Source of the DNA: Ktedonobacteria bacterium
Lineage (GTDB): Bacteria; Chloroflexota; Ktedonobacteria; Ktedonobacterales; JADMIN01
Reading direction: 5' to 3'
DNA length: 59,260 nt
NCBI GenBank assembly: GCA_027307065.1
Contig: DAHUXT010000001.1
Span: 1-59,260, forward strand
The position numbers were made by a program, and so were the translations under genes. Within the stretch, counting starts at the first letter, position 1, and the number at the start of each line of letters is the position of its first letter. Of this stretch, positions 55,201-59,260 are shown in pieces. The notes beneath the pieces were generated by a model. The model saw only the letters and a list, made by a program, of their open reading frames with translations, had not been told where the DNA came from and did not search any database.

Positions 55201-55229
55201 TTGAGACAGGTTGCTATTTTGCGATATAT
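55201..55229 (+). promoter_or_regulatory. candidate promoter of the Cache sensor gene (TTGAGA-N17-ATATAT)
   Basis: Hexamers and 17-nt spacer read directly. ATG at 55287. Confidence 0.35.
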
Positions 55230-55286
55230 GGCATCGGTGCCAGCAGACGACGCGCACGAATCCGGCGCGAAGCGAGGTGCTTCTAC

Positions 55287-57218
55287 ATGGCTCAGGTGAA
55301 AAAACGTGGGGGGCGCCGCTTGCCTCTCTCCGCGCGGCTGACGTTGCTGGTGCTCTTCGCCGCGCTTGTGCCGCTGGCAGCGGTTGTCGGCATCAACGAT
55401 TACTTCGCGCGCGGAACACTGCTAAACCAGAGCCGCAGCGCGCTCTCGACCGACGCCAATGCCAAATCAACACTGGTCGACACCTACATCAAAGAGCGAC
55501 TGCTCGACGGCAAGACGCTGGCATTTGTCGACACGGTGATCAAGTATCTTGTCTGCGCCGAATCGCCGACGCCACCGCCTGAACTTGCCTGCGGCATTCA
55601 AAGCACGCTTGGCTCCGCCTCCTATCAGGGATCGTCGTTGCGGGCACTGGGCGCTGGCATGACACGTGATGAATTCTATACGCAGTGGAGCCTCTACGAC
55701 GCGACTGGCAAAATGCAACTGACTTCCAGCGCCGACATCCAGAAGAATGCGCCGCCACCAACGCAGGCCGATCTCGACACGGTACTGAAGCAGGGCAAAC
55801 AGTGGGTCTCTGAGGTCTACTATGATCCGGCGACCAAGCATGCGTTCGTCCGACTCTATACGCCGGTAGTCGCCAACCCGCTGAAGCCCGCGCCACCTGT
55901 GTTGGGCTTCCTGCAGGCAACGCTGCGACTCGATTACATCTGGAATATTGTGAACGGCAAACATGGAATCAATAGTGACGGCAGCTACGCGTTTGTGACC
56001 GACGAAAACGGCGTCGTCATCGCCGATCCCCAGCGGGACAATCTCTTCACGACGGTGCTTCCGCTGAGCGCTGATGTTCAGCATCAAATCGCGACTGAGC
56101 AGCGCTATGGCTCAACCGGTGCCGTGCCACAGCGACTGTTGCCCGGCGTGCAATCGTCGCTCAACGCTGCGGCGAATGAAGACACCTTCGAGGGAATCGC
56201 ACAACCCGGCGATAACACCCAGTATCAGTTTGTGCGGGTGCGGCTGAATGTGGTGCCCTGGTCGTACTTCGTGCTGAGCCCGGTCTCCACGGTTACACGC
56301 GTTGCCGACGACCAGATACGCACCTCGTTGCTCTCGGCCGGGGTCATCGCTATTCTGGCGGTGCTGATCGGTCTGATCGTTGGAAGCAGAACGACGCGCC
56401 CCGTGATCGGATCAGTCGCCGAACTGCAGGGAGCGTCAGCCGCGCTGAAGGATCTGGCGTCTCGCCAGGAAAGCTCCGCAGGCGAGCAGCACTGGGTGGT
56501 GGATGCCTGTCGCACAGGTCTGGAGAGTATTCGCTATCTCTCAGATGCCATGAACCAGGCGGCACGGCGCATCATCGACGCGAGCAACTGGTTTAACGAA
56601 TACTGGGATCGCCTGACAGAAGAGCAGGCGCGGCGCACCGTGCAGCATTTGGTAGAACTGGCGCATTACATCGACGAGGCAGCGCGGCGCCAGCAGGCCA
56701 GCAACGACCGTATGGATAAGGCGATCACCGTCACACAGCAGGTATCTGACCAACTGGTCTCGGGCGCGTCGGCGGCCAATCGCAGCGCCGGACAACTTGA
56801 GCAAGTTGTCGACGAACTGCAGCACGTGGTGGGTGGCCGCACCCAGTCTACGGTTGCCCCGAGTGTTGGCTCGCCCAACGGAGCGCCCGGTTACAATGAG
56901 GCGGCGAATGGGCGCGCGCAGCAACCTGGCGGCATGATGCCACCCATGCGCCCTGCGAACGGTCAGATGATGGGTGCGCCGCAGGCTCCCATGCATTTTG
57001 GGCAAATGGGCCCGGCAAACCAGATGGGTCCAGCAAGCCAGATGGGTGGTCCTGGCGCCCGGAGGAACCCTGGCTCGCGTACGTTCCGTAATCCGCCGAG
57101 CCAGTACGGCCCACCGCCAGATGGCTATGGCGCATACCCGCCCAGTGGCCGTTCCTCAGGAGCAATGCCCGACGACCAGTGGGGCGCTCCCGCTGGAGCG
57201 GGATGGGACGACCGCTAG
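55287..57218 (+). CDS. membrane sensor: TM - dCache-like periplasmic domain - TM - coiled-coil signalling segment - Q/M/G/P-rich tail
   Basis: N-terminal TM (LTLLVLFAALVPLAAVV). Cache-like blocks (VSEVYYDPATKHAFVRLYTPV, GFLQATLRLDYIW, GSYAFVTDENGVVIADP). Second TM (LLSAGVIAILAVLIGLIV). The C-terminal helical region has MCP-like heptads. The tail contains GQMGPANQMGPASQMGG. Confidence 0.7.
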   Translation: MAQVKKRGGRRLPLSARLTLLVLFAALVPLAAVVGINDYFARGTLLNQSRSALSTDANAKSTLVDTYIKERLLDGKTLAFVDTVIKYLVCAESPTPPPELACGIQSTLGSASYQGSSLRALGAGMTRDEFYTQWSLYDATGKMQLTSSADIQKNAPPPTQADLDTVLKQGKQWVSEVYYDPATKHAFVRLYTPVVANPLKPAPPVLGFLQATLRLDYIWNIVNGKHGINSDGSYAFVTDENGVVIADPQRDNLFTTVLPLSADVQHQIATEQRYGSTGAVPQRLLPGVQSSLNAAANEDTFEGIAQPGDNTQYQFVRVRLNVVPWSYFVLSPVSTVTRVADDQIRTSLLSAGVIAILAVLIGLIVGSRTTRPVIGSVAELQGASAALKDLASRQESSAGEQHWVVDACRTGLESIRYLSDAMNQAARRIIDASNWFNEYWDRLTEEQARRTVQHLVELAHYIDEAARRQQASNDRMDKAITVTQQVSDQLVSGASAANRSAGQLEQVVDELQHVVGGRTQSTVAPSVGSPNGAPGYNEAANGRAQQPGGMMPPMRPANGQMMGAPQAPMHFGQMGPANQMGPASQMGGPGARRNPGSRTFRNPPSQYGPPPDGYGAYPPSGRSSGAMPDDQWGAPAGAGWDDR

Positions 57219-57464
57219 GAGCATCACCCGCATATCGCGGCAGACACACAAAACGCCTGGATGGCCGAAGGACGATCTGTCCCGAAGCCGTCCAGGATTC
57301 GTTTTTCCGTGTTCGTGTCATACCCACTTTGTTGGAGGCGTTGTCCATGGGAATGTGTACCGCAACCTGAAAGCCACCGCGAATGGGCCGAATTTTCCTG
57401 ATTCGCCGTGGCACTCATGCCGCGGACAGCCGCCGCACACGACAACATCCCACCGGATTGAGTA

Positions 57465-57941
57465 TCATTCCAGCGTCAGCGAGATCGCCTTGCCCATGAA
57501 TTCGCCCTGGGCCGTGCGGGCGGCGCGATCTATCTGAATGTGGAAGGTCGCACTCTCGCCTCTGCGAAGTTGAGAGCGGTCGACGATGCTGCCCTCCACG
57601 TGTAGCACGCTCCCGGTCTGCCGGATGCCGCTGACCCGAATCAGGCGGGTGAACCCCGACCAGATCATCTGGCTCATCGCCTCGGGAGAGCCTGCGTACA
57701 TTGTCTCGGTGATGGTGCCCGTCTTGGTCGCTAGGTCCAGGTGGCCCTCGATCACGTACGTGCAGTAGTTGGGCAGCGGCTTCGCGGGCAACCCCGAGAC
57801 CGCTTTGAAGCTCAGGCTGGCTTTCCTGCCTGTCCCCGCGAGCAATCCCTTGCCCGCGACAATCCCCGTGGCGCCCACTGCAACCGCTGCCGTGCCTGCG
57901 CCCGCCACTGTCAGAAATGTGCGCCGATTCATCGTTGCCAT
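57465..57941 (-). CDS. Tat-signal secreted protein, unknown function
   Basis: ATG at 57941 with AAGGAG 8 nt upstream. Twin-arginine signal MNRRTFLTVAGAGTAAVAVGA. Confidence 0.65.
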   Translation of the reverse strand: MATMNRRTFLTVAGAGTAAVAVGATGIVAGKGLLAGTGRKASLSFKAVSGLPAKPLPNYCTYVIEGHLDLATKTGTITETMYAGSPEAMSQMIWSGFTRLIRVSGIRQTGSVLHVEGSIVDRSQLRRGESATFHIQIDRAARTAQGEFMGKAISLTLE

Positions 57942-57960
57942 GACTTCGGCTCCTTTCTCG

Positions 57961-58914
57961 CTAGTGTGGATTCCCCAGGTAGGGGAAGTCGGAGAGATAG
58001 TCAGTATGCGGGCCAACTTTATCGGTCGTCACGGCTCCATTCGTGACCAGCGCCAGTTCGGCGTCAATCACGTCGTCCGCGAGCTTCCGCCCGTTCAGGA
58101 ACCCAGCCGCACTCGAATAGTCATAGGTGAGGATGTCTGGCAGCAGGATTTCGGCAATGGCTTTGGCCTCTGACGCGGGATGTCCGAACGACGCCAGCGT
58201 ATTGACAAAGCTCGTCTCGAAAAGCGCGCGATCCTGCGTCGGCTCGATGCCATTGAAGGTATTCTTATCCGCGCCGTGGTTGAAGACCGTGTTGATTGCT
58301 GGGCGTCCCATGCGATCCATCTGCGTCCACACGTCGTCGACTTCCTTCAGCACGCGGAACCACACGCCAATCTTGGGATTGGCTCCAAGCGCCGAATTGG
58401 GTACCTCCAGCGCGATGCCGAAGACGTTTTTGTCGATGAAGAAATCGTCTCCGGTAAACTGGAATCCGTGCAGGAACCCGATCAAATCGAAGAAGAAAGG
58501 GTCACTGCGCAGGCCGGCGAAGAACTTGTACGGGCCGGCGGTCGTCACCTGGGGAGTATGACCGAAGGAACACGGCGCATTGTTGATGATGATGCTGCCG
58601 CCACTGTTCTTTCCCGCTGCCACGTTCCCGGTAGCATAATGGACGGTCGCGGTCTGCGCGCCATTCGCGAACTCCGAGAAGCGGTACCGGAACGCCACAT
58701 CGGCTACGGCGTCTCCATTGGTATCGATGCGTAGGTCGTAAATCGCCTGGTGCTCGAACGAATCCGCCAGCGTGGGCGCAAGGGGATTCACATTGGTAAT
58801 AAGAATCGTCTTGCTGGGGTCTCCAGGCTTCTGGAACGCGTAAATATCGGTGATGTCGATGCGCGCGTCCATGTTCGGAGACTGCAGACCTGGTGCGTCC
58901 AGATGATCTGCCAT
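57961..58914 (-). CDS. DUF4331-family protein
   Basis: ATG at 58914 with GGAGG upstream. N-terminal ADHLDAPG...DITDIYAF..P.....ILITNVNPL resembles the DUF4331 opening (H-x-E/D-AP ... D-x-TD-V/I-YAF). Confidence 0.65.
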   Translation of the reverse strand: MADHLDAPGLQSPNMDARIDITDIYAFQKPGDPSKTILITNVNPLAPTLADSFEHQAIYDLRIDTNGDAVADVAFRYRFSEFANGAQTATVHYATGNVAAGKNSGGSIIINNAPCSFGHTPQVTTAGPYKFFAGLRSDPFFFDLIGFLHGFQFTGDDFFIDKNVFGIALEVPNSALGANPKIGVWFRVLKEVDDVWTQMDRMGRPAINTVFNHGADKNTFNGIEPTQDRALFETSFVNTLASFGHPASEAKAIAEILLPDILTYDYSSAAGFLNGRKLADDVIDAELALVTNGAVTTDKVGPHTDYLSDFPYLGNPH

Positions 58915-59260
58915 AGTTGCTAGGACCTCCTCGATACCGTCCACCGTCGCCCTCGGACAAACTCCGCTCAGGCGATCTGGATGTCGTTTCGCGCCTGCGG
59001 ATTACGCGCCAGGGCGCGGCCACACGCTGAACGACACACACTACAGGACTCAGGAAACATCATCTCTAGCCGTTACTACACGGCCCGCTGGTAACTGGAT
59101 GAGCGGAGAGAAAGGAGGATTTAGAAGCGCTAAGTATGCCGATGCTTTTCCATAACAGTTTTAGATGCCAATATATTTTCGCCGATGATTTGCTGTCCAA
59201 AAATAAACGGGCTAAAGCCAAGGAACCCAAAGCCCTGCATATGACCGCCAAATTGTTTAG

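Overview
High-GC (about 60-65%) bacterial chromosomal window. It is densely coding, with about 55 supportable CDS, two thirds on the minus strand. I recognised no rRNA, tRNA, CRISPR array or intact mobile element. Many long ORFs in the track are antisense shadows of real genes, as expected at this GC. Some track 'M' starts are really TTG or GTG. I refined starts only where I could verify an ATG plus a Shine-Dalgarno in the sequence.

Content from left to right:
- An edge-truncated carboxyltransferase fragment, an S9 peptidase, a MarR plus MBL-hydrolase pair, and a secreted EXORDIUM-like protein.
- A REC-GGDEF regulator, a Nudix hydrolase, a single-domain ArsA/Get3-like ATPase, and an RlmI-like methyltransferase.
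- A TreT-like glycosyltransferase, an FAD oxidoreductase, and an ABC-2 exporter pair.
- UbiD plus a Vgb-like beta-propeller protein.
- An orphan long-tailed CsrA, followed by a 1.1 kb ORF-poor, lower-GC tract, then a GtrA-like protein.
- A 3.4 kb phage-derived remnant: tail-like protein, Cys-peptidase lysin, and a frame-broken holin-like ORF. Both lysis genes are preceded by G-rich tandem repeats.
- tatA/tatC, several low-complexity-tailed signalling proteins, and a frameshifted hutI.
- A crotonase, coaD, a BVMO-type monooxygenase, and an NYN-domain protein with a roughly 550-aa disordered N-terminus.
- DUF4388, a Cache sensor, and a DUF4331 pair.

The most coherent system is a roughly 9 kb inositol-phospholipid / PIM-like glycolipid locus. 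On the minus strand it runs ArsR, ino1, two PatA-like acyltransferases, a PHP phosphoesterase, a PimA-like GT4 and a PIP-synthase-like CDP-alcohol phosphatidyltransferase. Divergent from it are a Cys-based dual-specificity phosphatase and manC. The locus offers two candidates for the still unassigned phosphatidylinositol-phosphate phosphatase step.

The taxon cannot be fixed from the sequence. The gene content (CsrA, DUF4388, REC-T2SSE_N, PIM-like locus, many Q/P/G/N-rich tails) fits a high-GC Chloroflexota/Ktedonobacteria-like or related Terrabacteria genome. This is a guess.
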